Source of the DNA: Lachnospiraceae bacterium
GTDB lineage: Bacteria; Bacillota; Clostridia; Lachnospirales; Lachnospiraceae
Length of the DNA stretch: 64,000 nt
Assembly (NCBI GenBank): GCA_045117595.1
Contig: JBGUNV010000002.1
Coordinates: forward strand, 2,659-66,658
Direction: 5' to 3'
Of the stretch, positions 35,946-44,630 are shown in pieces. Below the pieces are notes generated by a model. That model saw nothing but the letters and a program-made list of their open reading frames with translations. It ran no database searches and was not told the DNA's origin. Position 1 is the stretch's first letter, and each line of letters starts with the position of its first letter. A program made the translations under genes and the position numbers.

Positions 35946-37844
35946 ATGGGACTATCTAAGGAAGATATCAGAAGGAGAAATGAAGCGACCGTAGGAATAA
36001 GGACATTTGAACCCAAGGATGATAAGGATTATGTGTTTATCAGCTATAAAAGTGATAACTGGGAAATCGTTCTGGATGAAATAGTCAGAAAACTGGTCGA
36101 TAAATACGGCCTTCGTGTATATTTTGATAAGAATTTCGATCGTGATAATGAATCCTGGGTAACTAATATGGAGGATGCTATCAGAACACAAAAGTGCAAG
36201 GCAATCCTTTCATTTGTCAGTAAAGAGTATATGGAAAGTTATGCATGCCTGATGGAACTGCTGACCGCAAGGTCCAAAAAAGCAAAATCCAAACATAAAA
36301 AAGACAGACTTACCATTTGTCCCATTATAATAAGTGAGGCAAAATCTATAAATGATCTTGCATCCACATCAAGTGACAGAGTGGAAATAAAAGAATGGGA
36401 TGATTACTCGGCTATCGTAGAAAATGCATTTGAAAATGATGAGTGGGTCAAGGGTGATGTCAAGGACTCGATTGGTGAACTGTTGGATAACGGGTCAAGG
36501 GCTACTATAGAAGATATTTCATCTGCGATGGAATCAATTCTTGATGATAAAACACATCTGCGGACATATGACGGGTCGGACCTGTTCTATGAGAATCTGG
36601 TTGATTCGCTGAAAAAGGAAAGTGACACCATTTTTGAGGAGATCAAACCCGTTAAAGTCGAAAAAGAAACTCCTATAGTCGAAAAGGAAACTCCTAAGAA
36701 AACAGAAACAAAGGTTGCTCCTATCGTTGAAGAAGCAAAGATTTATCATCTGTCCACCAGAACAGGGAATATTGATGTCACATTTCAGGTGGTTGAAAAT
36801 GGTTTTATTGTTAAACAGGGCAGTAAGATACATGAGGCTCAGTTCACTCCTAAGAAGATCATGAAGGCTAACATAGATAAGATATCCCATGGGGTTCTTA
36901 CAGGAGATATTTGTATAGATGGTGACGAGGGAGTATTGTCCCGATTTATTGCGGGAAGCGATAATTATAAGGCCCAGATCAGATCTATGGTGGCCGATAA
37001 TTCCGATAATACAAATGTTTCGAAGCCGGTTGAACAAGAGAAAGAGAGCAAAGAGACAATAGGGGAAACGAAAGTCGGTGATCATTCTGTGATTGATGAC
37101 AAGAGCGCTGCCAAGGAGTTTCTTGCTAAAAAAGGTGTAAGAATCAGCAATAAACTTACTTATGCAGCTTATAACGAAAGGACAGATGGTTTTTGGGCAA
37201 ATCCGAAACCGGATAATCTAAAGGAGGAATGGACATTGATTTTGAACAACAAGATAACAGGAAAACTTGTTGTTCTTATTGTGCCACCTAATAGCATAGG
37301 ACTCGAAAGTGAGAACGTAAATGGTTTGAAAATCAGACGGGACAGACCTGTGATTGACCTCGTCATAAGCGATGATGGTGAGTATACGGATAAAAGAAGT
37401 AAGGTAAGTTTTAAACCGTTTGTTGTTGCGCAGTATTCTTATTCCGGCGACGAAAAGCCGGAGGGAAGACAAGATGGAAGTATGCGTCGCGGTGAAATAG
37501 ATTATTATGTCTATGGAGAAAAGCATTCCGGGGATCAGTCTGATCTTATGTTTGATACCATAGAAGCAGTGCTGACAAGGCATCCGGATATATGCGACAG
37601 AGCAGTACAAAAGTGTACATGTCTTGCATATGGTGACGACATCTATTCGCCTGAGGGTACTCTTGTTCCGTACTTCAGAGGAAAAAGAGAGATTACCGTT
37701 AACGGGAAAAAGGTTTATATAGGTTCGAGTTACGGCCTGGATGCCAAGAAGACTCAGATGCGTTATGTGATAAATCTGGCTCAGGAAAAGATCACGGATG
37801 TAGTTCGGATAGACAGTGAAGACCCCAGATACAGATTTGGATGA
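35946..37844 (+). CDS. TIR-domain protein with a long uncharacterised C-terminal region
   Basis: The N-terminal 110 aa, DYVFISYKSDN...RVYFDKNF...AILSFVSKEYMESYACLMELL, carry the TIR beta-A and catalytic-Glu-helix signatures. A KE/P-rich linker with the tandem repeat VEKETPIVEKETP follows. The remaining region of about 380 aa has no motif I recognise. Confidence 0.7.
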   Translation: MGLSKEDIRRRNEATVGIRTFEPKDDKDYVFISYKSDNWEIVLDEIVRKLVDKYGLRVYFDKNFDRDNESWVTNMEDAIRTQKCKAILSFVSKEYMESYACLMELLTARSKKAKSKHKKDRLTICPIIISEAKSINDLASTSSDRVEIKEWDDYSAIVENAFENDEWVKGDVKDSIGELLDNGSRATIEDISSAMESILDDKTHLRTYDGSDLFYENLVDSLKKESDTIFEEIKPVKVEKETPIVEKETPKKTETKVAPIVEEAKIYHLSTRTGNIDVTFQVVENGFIVKQGSKIHEAQFTPKKIMKANIDKISHGVLTGDICIDGDEGVLSRFIAGSDNYKAQIRSMVADNSDNTNVSKPVEQEKESKETIGETKVGDHSVIDDKSAAKEFLAKKGVRISNKLTYAAYNERTDGFWANPKPDNLKEEWTLILNNKITGKLVVLIVPPNSIGLESENVNGLKIRRDRPVIDLVISDDGEYTDKRSKVSFKPFVVAQYSYSGDEKPEGRQDGSMRRGEIDYYVYGEKHSGDQSDLMFDTIEAVLTRHPDICDRAVQKCTCLAYGDDIYSPEGTLVPYFRGKREITVNGKKVYIGSSYGLDAKKTQMRYVINLAQEKITDVVRIDSEDPRYRFG

Positions 37845-37862
37845 TAAAGCAGGAGAAAAATA

Positions 37863-40301
37863 ATGGCTTATAATGCTCTCGACAGTATGAAAAGGATCAA
37901 TGAAGAATTACTGGGGGTTCAGATCGCCGGTGTTCCGAAGCTTGGAGAGGATATTTTTGATGACGGACCCAAATCAGATATACCGGCTTCGGCCTGCAGG
38001 TTTATCAGGGAATGTGAAGATCTGGGATTCAATCCCGGATCTGATGAGATTGCCTCATACAGGGAACTCCTTGAAAGATTAAATGATCAGAAGGATTTTT
38101 CGACAGATAATAAGTTTACCGGAAAAAGCGCCGGAAGAGGCCAGATACCCGAAAATGTAGAAAAGGATCTGGACAGACTTTCTTTTGAAAATGCGATAAG
38201 ACGATTCTGCAAGACAGGTTCAGGGGATGATGCATTTGATGTCTATTTCTGTTATCTGTCTATATTTTTCGGCGATTACAGAAATACACGGGATATCATC
38301 GAGATGCTCTGTGAATTTGAGAATAATGCGGGATCCCTGCTGATGAAACACAGGGATCACTATTCACATTCCGTTTATGTTTTTCTTATCGGACTTGCCA
38401 TATACGAGAACAACAGACTGTATCGTAACAGTTATTCTGAGTATTACAACCGGAAGATGAAGTCCGAGGGAAGGGAAGAGACATTAAATGAGATCGGAGC
38501 GAGAAGACATTTTCTGAAGTTCTGGGGTCTGACATCATTGTTCCATGATATCGGATATCCGTTTGAATTGCCTTTTGAGCAGATAAAAAGCTATTTTGCA
38601 AACAGTGTTTACAAGAGAACAGCCAGGAGCATCAAGGACAGTTTTATCCAGACAATGCCGTATGTGGCATATCAGAATATGAATGACTTCCTGTCGAATC
38701 TGAATATCAACTCCAGGACAATCACACAGACAGATCTTAATGAAAAGATCGATCAGTGGACAAATAATGAAAGAGTCTGTGATCTGTCGGATGTGTTCTC
38801 ATTGCAGTTATCCAAAATGTTAACGGGTTCGGAGAAGTATTACGATCCGAAGAATGATAAAAATCCGTTTACAGCTTATTGTAAGTCCCGCGGTATCAGA
38901 CTTCTGGAAGATAAAGCACCGGATAATTACCAACAGTTGTACAGACGGTATCTTCAGGATGTGCTTGGTAATAAACCGTCTCATCCGGAAGCATTCAACG
39001 GTTATATGGATCATGCCTATTTTTCTGCTGTTCTGATGCTCCATAAGATGAATGAAATGAAGGAACTACAGATTAACACGGACTATACGGATGCATTGTG
39101 TGCGATACTTTTGCACAACAGCATCTTTAAGCGGGCCATTGTAACAAATGGCAACAGGGATCATGCATTTTCCGTTGATGAGAGCCCGCTTGCATATCTG
39201 CTTATGTTATGTGATGAACTTCAATGTTGGGACAGGGCATCTTACGGACTTAACAACAGAAATGCCATTTATGCCATGGATTGTCATTTTTCGTTTGATG
39301 AATCCGATGATTCGGTGGAAGTAAGATATATTTTTGATGAGTATTTCAAAAAAAACAGACGTCTGGAGTTTTATGACTGGATAAAGGAAAAGGCAGCCGA
39401 GAAAAACAGCTCTCTCAAAGAATACTATAAGAGTTTCAGGGCGTTGGATGAAAATGATTATAAGAATCTGTATGACAGCGAAATATACAGGGATTCGGGG
39501 GAAACGGTTTATCATTACTTTTTGAACATTCTGGATAATCCTTCCGTTGATCTTCCTGAAAAGATGAATGATTATCTCCAGATGAGTACAACAGACAAAG
39601 AAAGCCCCAGTAAGTTCTTTTCCGATCTGGAAGAAATAGTAAAATTAGACGGAACAGAAGGTGTTCTTGTGAGAATACCTCCGGTAGACAGCAAAATTTC
39701 TACTGAGAAACACAAGGAAAAGAATACCTATCTCTCACGGTCAAGTTACATGCATTTATATGATTTTGCTGTAGCACTTAATTATCAATATAATTGCAGG
39801 AATAAGGAAAAAGTCTTTATCGGCGCATCTCCGGATATGATGGAGGAATCATTTGCAGATATATCACTTGAATATCAGCTGTCAAATATCAACCAGGCCA
39901 AGTCATTTGCCGGATATCTGGATGAAATAGGTGCATACTATACGGATCGCCCTGTAGGATACCCTCCTCTTGATCATTTTGAAGATGATGAACTTCGACG
40001 TCTTGGTATTATGGAGCATGACAGATGGTGGGAAGAAAAGAAATCCATGGGCTGGACAGCGGACAAATGGATCAGGGAGAAAGAGGGCGGACACGGAGAG
40101 ATAACAAGCCGGCTCGGTCTTAAGGACAGAGTATGGCTTCGGGAATGTATACATATTCATTGCGATATGAGGAAATTCTCGGAACTTGACCAGAAGGATA
40201 TCCGGAAGGATACCGACCCGATGAATGATATGGTCAGGCTGCTTGAGGAATACGACGGACTGAGGATATACAGAACGCAGAAAAACAAAAAGAATGGTTG
40301 A
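37863..40301 (+). CDS. HD-domain phosphohydrolase fused to a C-terminal RyR-like domain
   Basis: HD superfamily motifs in order: HRDHYSHS, LFHDIGYP, LLHNS, LCDELQCWD. The C-terminus has MEHDRWWEEKKSMGW ... FSELDQKDIRKDTD, which resembles the bacterial RyR repeat. Confidence 0.65.
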   Translation: MAYNALDSMKRINEELLGVQIAGVPKLGEDIFDDGPKSDIPASACRFIRECEDLGFNPGSDEIASYRELLERLNDQKDFSTDNKFTGKSAGRGQIPENVEKDLDRLSFENAIRRFCKTGSGDDAFDVYFCYLSIFFGDYRNTRDIIEMLCEFENNAGSLLMKHRDHYSHSVYVFLIGLAIYENNRLYRNSYSEYYNRKMKSEGREETLNEIGARRHFLKFWGLTSLFHDIGYPFELPFEQIKSYFANSVYKRTARSIKDSFIQTMPYVAYQNMNDFLSNLNINSRTITQTDLNEKIDQWTNNERVCDLSDVFSLQLSKMLTGSEKYYDPKNDKNPFTAYCKSRGIRLLEDKAPDNYQQLYRRYLQDVLGNKPSHPEAFNGYMDHAYFSAVLMLHKMNEMKELQINTDYTDALCAILLHNSIFKRAIVTNGNRDHAFSVDESPLAYLLMLCDELQCWDRASYGLNNRNAIYAMDCHFSFDESDDSVEVRYIFDEYFKKNRRLEFYDWIKEKAAEKNSSLKEYYKSFRALDENDYKNLYDSEIYRDSGETVYHYFLNILDNPSVDLPEKMNDYLQMSTTDKESPSKFFSDLEEIVKLDGTEGVLVRIPPVDSKISTEKHKEKNTYLSRSSYMHLYDFAVALNYQYNCRNKEKVFIGASPDMMEESFADISLEYQLSNINQAKSFAGYLDEIGAYYTDRPVGYPPLDHFEDDELRRLGIMEHDRWWEEKKSMGWTADKWIREKEGGHGEITSRLGLKDRVWLRECIHIHCDMRKFSELDQKDIRKDTDPMNDMVRLLEEYDGLRIYRTQKNKKNG

Positions 40302-41766
40302 TGAAAACAAGGAAAAAAAGAAGATAAAACTGTTCACATGGCCTCTTATCATAATATCTCTTGCGGGTGGTGTGATCAGTTATCTGTACGCAGGTTACAC
40401 GTTTGAAGATGCCTTATATTCGGCGGTTGACATGTTTGCGTTTAATATTGACGATATACCGTTAAATGCAGGCCTTCGGATATTTCGCTGGCTTGCCCCG
40501 CTGTCTGTTGCCACAACGCTTTTTATTGAGATAGCCCCGATATTCCGATGGTTTCGAGACAGGATCGTATTCTTTGCGCCGGGATCCGGCAGGACCATTA
40601 TCTACAGCGACTGTGAAGCCGGTAGCGCGTTATACGATAACATGGAAAAACATGCCGTATTAAGGAGGGAATGTACCCCTTTTGCCCTTTCGGATAATGC
40701 CAACAGATCAGTTATCCTTATGAAAAATGATAAGGATGCGCTCTCTCTTTTTCGAAAGCTCGGAAGACCTGATAACAGTTTTCTGTGTCTGAATTCGATG
40801 GAGCCGTCATTGATACCTTCATCGGGTAATACAGTTGTTTCCAATATCAATGATATAATAGCCGGTTATTTCTGGCATAAGGAGTTTATGGCCTTTGCGG
40901 GAAAGGATACGACCGGAGGACTTTTATCATGGCGCGGTCGTGATGGAATACCGGTTTTTCGAAAAGAAAACGACAGGTGTTTTCGGATCGTGATCTACGG
41001 ATTTACGGACCTCGGTAAAAGACTTCTGTACAAAGGACTGCTGTTCAACATTTTTTCACCGTCTCAACACATTATATATCACGTCTATGATCCGGATCAT
41101 AAAGTATATCTGTACCGCAAAGATATAAACAATGCTGTCTCTGTAAATGGTGATAAGGTTTTATTTCACGATAACCCGGATGATCTCGCGAAGATCCTGA
41201 ATGAAGCTGATGCGATAATAATACCCGGGTCTTCGAATCCACGTTTAATACAGGAACTGCTGTATTCAACCGCCAAACCCGAACTGTATTATTATGATCC
41301 GGAGGGAGTAGGACTTGAGACTGTATTCGCCTCAGACGATCGTGTGGTCCGGGAGGGGTTGTATGGCAGGTTACATGCGTTCGGATCGGATAAGAAGATA
41401 TTCATCGAAAAATATATTCTTCACAGCAGTCTTATAGAAAAAGCCCGGAAGATCAACGAAGACTACCTTATTTCCAATCCCGGAGAAGGACATGTGTGGG
41501 AGGAACTTTCGGGATTTGATAAAGGCTCAAACGTTAATGCAGCTGATTATATCGAGATAGGCTCAGAGGTAAGTTCGTGGGATATGTTCTCCCTTGATGA
41601 ACTTGCAAGTTTAGAACATGACAGATGGCGAAGATATAATTATTTAAATCATCAGGGTTCTAACAGCAATCCGGCGGGAAACTCCAGATATTTCGTTCCA
41701 TTTTCCGAACTTGATGAAGCTGATAAGGAAAAGAACAGAAGGATAGTAAGATTATGGACATTTTAG
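40294..41766 (+). CDS. 2-TM channel-like membrane protein with Rossmann/RCK-like segments and a C-terminal RyR-like domain
   Basis: TM1 WPLIIISLAGGVISYLYAGY, a pore-helix-like FEDALYSAVDMFAF, and TM2 FRWLAPLSVATTLFIEIAPIF. A TrkA-N-like segment is FRIVIYGFTDLGKRLL. The C-terminus has LEHDRWRRYNYL...FSELDEADKEKNRR. It overlaps the upstream gene by 8 nt. Confidence 0.55.
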   Translation: MVDENKEKKKIKLFTWPLIIISLAGGVISYLYAGYTFEDALYSAVDMFAFNIDDIPLNAGLRIFRWLAPLSVATTLFIEIAPIFRWFRDRIVFFAPGSGRTIIYSDCEAGSALYDNMEKHAVLRRECTPFALSDNANRSVILMKNDKDALSLFRKLGRPDNSFLCLNSMEPSLIPSSGNTVVSNINDIIAGYFWHKEFMAFAGKDTTGGLLSWRGRDGIPVFRKENDRCFRIVIYGFTDLGKRLLYKGLLFNIFSPSQHIIYHVYDPDHKVYLYRKDINNAVSVNGDKVLFHDNPDDLAKILNEADAIIIPGSSNPRLIQELLYSTAKPELYYYDPEGVGLETVFASDDRVVREGLYGRLHAFGSDKKIFIEKYILHSSLIEKARKINEDYLISNPGEGHVWEELSGFDKGSNVNAADYIEIGSEVSSWDMFSLDELASLEHDRWRRYNYLNHQGSNSNPAGNSRYFVPFSELDEADKEKNRRIVRLWTF

Positions 41767-41775
41767 GAGGAAAAG

Positions 41776-44625
41776 ATGAAACTTGTAATAAGGACGAGAG
41801 GCGATCTGACATCAAGAGATAAAGAAAAAGTGCTATTGGCGATTGCATCGGATGATATAGGATTATATGCCGATGTGATGATTGAGGATCTCCTTAAGGC
41901 TGCAAATGTAGCGGTATATTATCCTGCGTCAGCAAATGATACAAAAGACGGTGTGATAGAGATTGATGAGACGAAACCCGAAGAGTATTTGGAGGAATTT
42001 CGCCTGATCATATTTCCTGTAACGATGAACTTTCTGGAAAAGGATAATCCTGTCCGGGACCAGATCCTGCCGTATGTTATTCATCATAAAGCGTATATAC
42101 CCATAATACTGGAGAGGGATCTGTTGGAGAGTTTTGGTGATCATTTTGGAGACATTCAGTTCCTTGACCGGTACGGTCTATACAAAAAGGGCGAAAACGA
42201 AATCCCGTACGAGGAAAAACTGAAGCTGAGAATGAGCGAGGTCATAACCTCTGACAGCGAGCGTGACAGGATAGATGATGCATTCAGGGCTATGATATTT
42301 TTAAGTTACAGGAAGATTGACCGGGTTGAGGCGCAGAAACTGATGAATCTGGTTCATAGTGATCCGGACTGTGAGGATATAGCTATCTGGTATGATGAGT
42401 ATCTTGTACCTGGTGAGGATTTTAATGAAGCGATCAGGAGTGCCATGGATAGATCAGATGTTATCGCACTCAATGTAACGAATAATCTTCTTGAGATCAC
42501 GAACGGAAAACCCAATTATGTGATGGATCAGGAATATCCGAATGCGAGAAGGAGCCAAAAGCCCATAATCTCGGTAGAAATGGAGAAAACAGACAAAGAA
42601 GCGCTCAGGGAACATTACGAGAAAATAGATGACAGTCTGGTGACGGTTGATGAACATGATAAGGTCCCCGAAGAGCTGAAACGCGTACTGGACCGGATCC
42701 GGGATGAACTCAGGACCAAGAATGCTGACAAAAAGGCTCTTTCGGAAGAAGAGAAGGAATACTATCTGGGACTTGCATATCTGGGTGGTGTCAATACCGA
42801 GAAGGATCAGATGAGGTCGAAGGAATTACTCGAACGATCTGCAAACCAGGGCCTTGCCAGGGCAATGAAGAAACTATCCCATGCTTACAGAAACGGTGAC
42901 CTGGGAGATATCAGTATTGAAAAATCGGCGGAGTGGATGAAGGAAGCTGTTGAGAACGAGGCTGGTGAAGCTGTTGCATGTGCCGACAGAGAATCTTTTG
43001 AACTGTTCAGGGAAGACTGTCTGGACCTGTGGGATATGTATGATTCGATAGAAGATGATACCGGGAGAGACCATTGTAAAACGCTGATGGTTGATGCCTG
43101 GCGCAAACTCCGTCAGAGTATCAGAGAAGATATGGAGTTGTATGAGATCGTTACGGGATCTTGCGTCAGGGCATGCTGCAGAAGGGGCGATACAGTCACG
43201 TGCAGGGAGGTGCTTCAGGATATCGATTCACTCTTCAACAATCATCAGGGACTTGATGAATGTAAACTTGTCGTGTCACTTCGTTCGGATGCTGCATACA
43301 GAATGGGAGATTATTCTCTGGCTCAATATGTCGGGGGTGCTATGAGGATCATAGAAACAGAGTTTGGGGACAGTGTTTCCGATGATGAAATGTATGATCT
43401 GTATTATCTGATGACCAGGGGTTATTCCGGGAAGGACATAATAGACGGCCTTGCTTTATTCGGAACATCTTTGCGAGTGTCAGAGGAATATCTGCAAACA
43501 GAATATTTGTGGTGGGACAGCTCCGATAAGGCAATAGCTATCACGCAGAAGTGCCTGGCGGATGATCCGGAAGATACACTTTGGAAGAAAAGAAGAGCTG
43601 AAATACTCATGGAAAAAGGCAACCTGATCAGCCGATCCATCTGTGCAGTACAGTGTGATCTTGTTGATAAAGAAGTTGATGATGCGGCATTTTCATATAT
43701 GACTGAAGCAATAGGCCTGTATAAGGAGATCATTCATGATATCGGGGATAAAAATGAGATCAGGAGAGTAATAGAAGAGATTAAAAGATCCGGATTCTTC
43801 CTGATATCCAACTATCCCGAGAGGATGCCTGATATAACGGGAGTAGAGTTCTACAGGTATTCGGTAGAACTGGCAGAATCTTTGTATAAAGAGGAGAAAA
43901 GTCGTGAAAATCTGCTGTTTCTCTGGGAGACAGTAAGTTATTGCTGCGAGATAGGCTATATATATGATCTTCCGGATAAGGCCATCGCTATCGCAAAGGA
44001 ACTGTATGAGAGCGATCACACGCTATCGTCATACGAACACGTTGCCAAGGCATATGAACTGAAGGCTACACGAGGGTTTGGCAGGGCCGGCGAACTCGAA
44101 TATGAGATTGCCACCAATGAAGCCGGTGCACAGGCACAATCGGGTGACTATGATGATATCGATATGGAATCGTTTGCGCGACTGTTTGATGAGTATATTG
44201 CTTTTTTCAGCAACAGAAGAGATGCGGTTGAACCGGAGGAGACGGATTTTATACTGTTAAAAAGGGAAGGAACCGAAGCTCTGTCTTATGCAGTGGCTAT
44301 ATACAGGGAAGTGTATGATAAAGCGGGAATGATGTCTGAACGCTATCGGAAAAAGATTCTCGGTAATATCATCAGCTGTTACAGATCGTTTGAGGCATGT
44401 GCCGATGTGGAAGATGGTGATTTCGGTAAAAAGGCGCTCGATAAACTGGCAGAGGGAATGGATTTTATACTGAATGAAGCTTCCGCGAAGGATACCATAA
44501 TTTCGCCTGACTGGTTTAAAGAATGGAGAAGTATGTATAATACGGCCCTTGACGGCGGTTATGACAGCGAGGCACTCTCAGTCAGAAGATCCCGTGCCGA
44601 GAGTTTGGCGGGAGACAGGATCTGA
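41776..44625 (+). CDS. Tandem TIR-like domains + SEL1/TPR-like repeat protein
   Basis: Residues about 172-270 read IFLSYRKIDRVEAQKL...IAIWYDEYLVPGEDFNEAIRSAMDRSDVIAL...YVMDQEY, which is TIR-like. Residues 1-130 resemble a second, degenerate TIR. A SEL1-like segment reads YYLGLAYLGGVNTEKDQMRSKELLERSANQGLARAMKKLSHAY. A helical-repeat region of about 550 aa follows. Confidence 0.65.
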   Translation: MKLVIRTRGDLTSRDKEKVLLAIASDDIGLYADVMIEDLLKAANVAVYYPASANDTKDGVIEIDETKPEEYLEEFRLIIFPVTMNFLEKDNPVRDQILPYVIHHKAYIPIILERDLLESFGDHFGDIQFLDRYGLYKKGENEIPYEEKLKLRMSEVITSDSERDRIDDAFRAMIFLSYRKIDRVEAQKLMNLVHSDPDCEDIAIWYDEYLVPGEDFNEAIRSAMDRSDVIALNVTNNLLEITNGKPNYVMDQEYPNARRSQKPIISVEMEKTDKEALREHYEKIDDSLVTVDEHDKVPEELKRVLDRIRDELRTKNADKKALSEEEKEYYLGLAYLGGVNTEKDQMRSKELLERSANQGLARAMKKLSHAYRNGDLGDISIEKSAEWMKEAVENEAGEAVACADRESFELFREDCLDLWDMYDSIEDDTGRDHCKTLMVDAWRKLRQSIREDMELYEIVTGSCVRACCRRGDTVTCREVLQDIDSLFNNHQGLDECKLVVSLRSDAAYRMGDYSLAQYVGGAMRIIETEFGDSVSDDEMYDLYYLMTRGYSGKDIIDGLALFGTSLRVSEEYLQTEYLWWDSSDKAIAITQKCLADDPEDTLWKKRRAEILMEKGNLISRSICAVQCDLVDKEVDDAAFSYMTEAIGLYKEIIHDIGDKNEIRRVIEEIKRSGFFLISNYPERMPDITGVEFYRYSVELAESLYKEEKSRENLLFLWETVSYCCEIGYIYDLPDKAIAIAKELYESDHTLSSYEHVAKAYELKATRGFGRAGELEYEIATNEAGAQAQSGDYDDIDMESFARLFDEYIAFFSNRRDAVEPEETDFILLKREGTEALSYAVAIYREVYDKAGMMSERYRKKILGNIISCYRSFEACADVEDGDFGKKALDKLAEGMDFILNEASAKDTIISPDWFKEWRSMYNTALDGGYDSEALSVRRSRAESLAGDRI

Positions 44626-44630
44626 ATCGT

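Noticed and set aside
36534-37610. - strand ORFs (183 aa and 130 aa) inside the TIR gene, and 44559-45119 (186 aa) across the junction of the TIR-SEL1 gene and the WYL gene. I considered them as possible antisense toxin or antitoxin genes of the island.
   Set aside because: They have no Shine-Dalgarno sequences or promoters that I could see. Their composition is what an A+T-rich coding strand read in reverse would give. The + strand genes have clear domain signatures.
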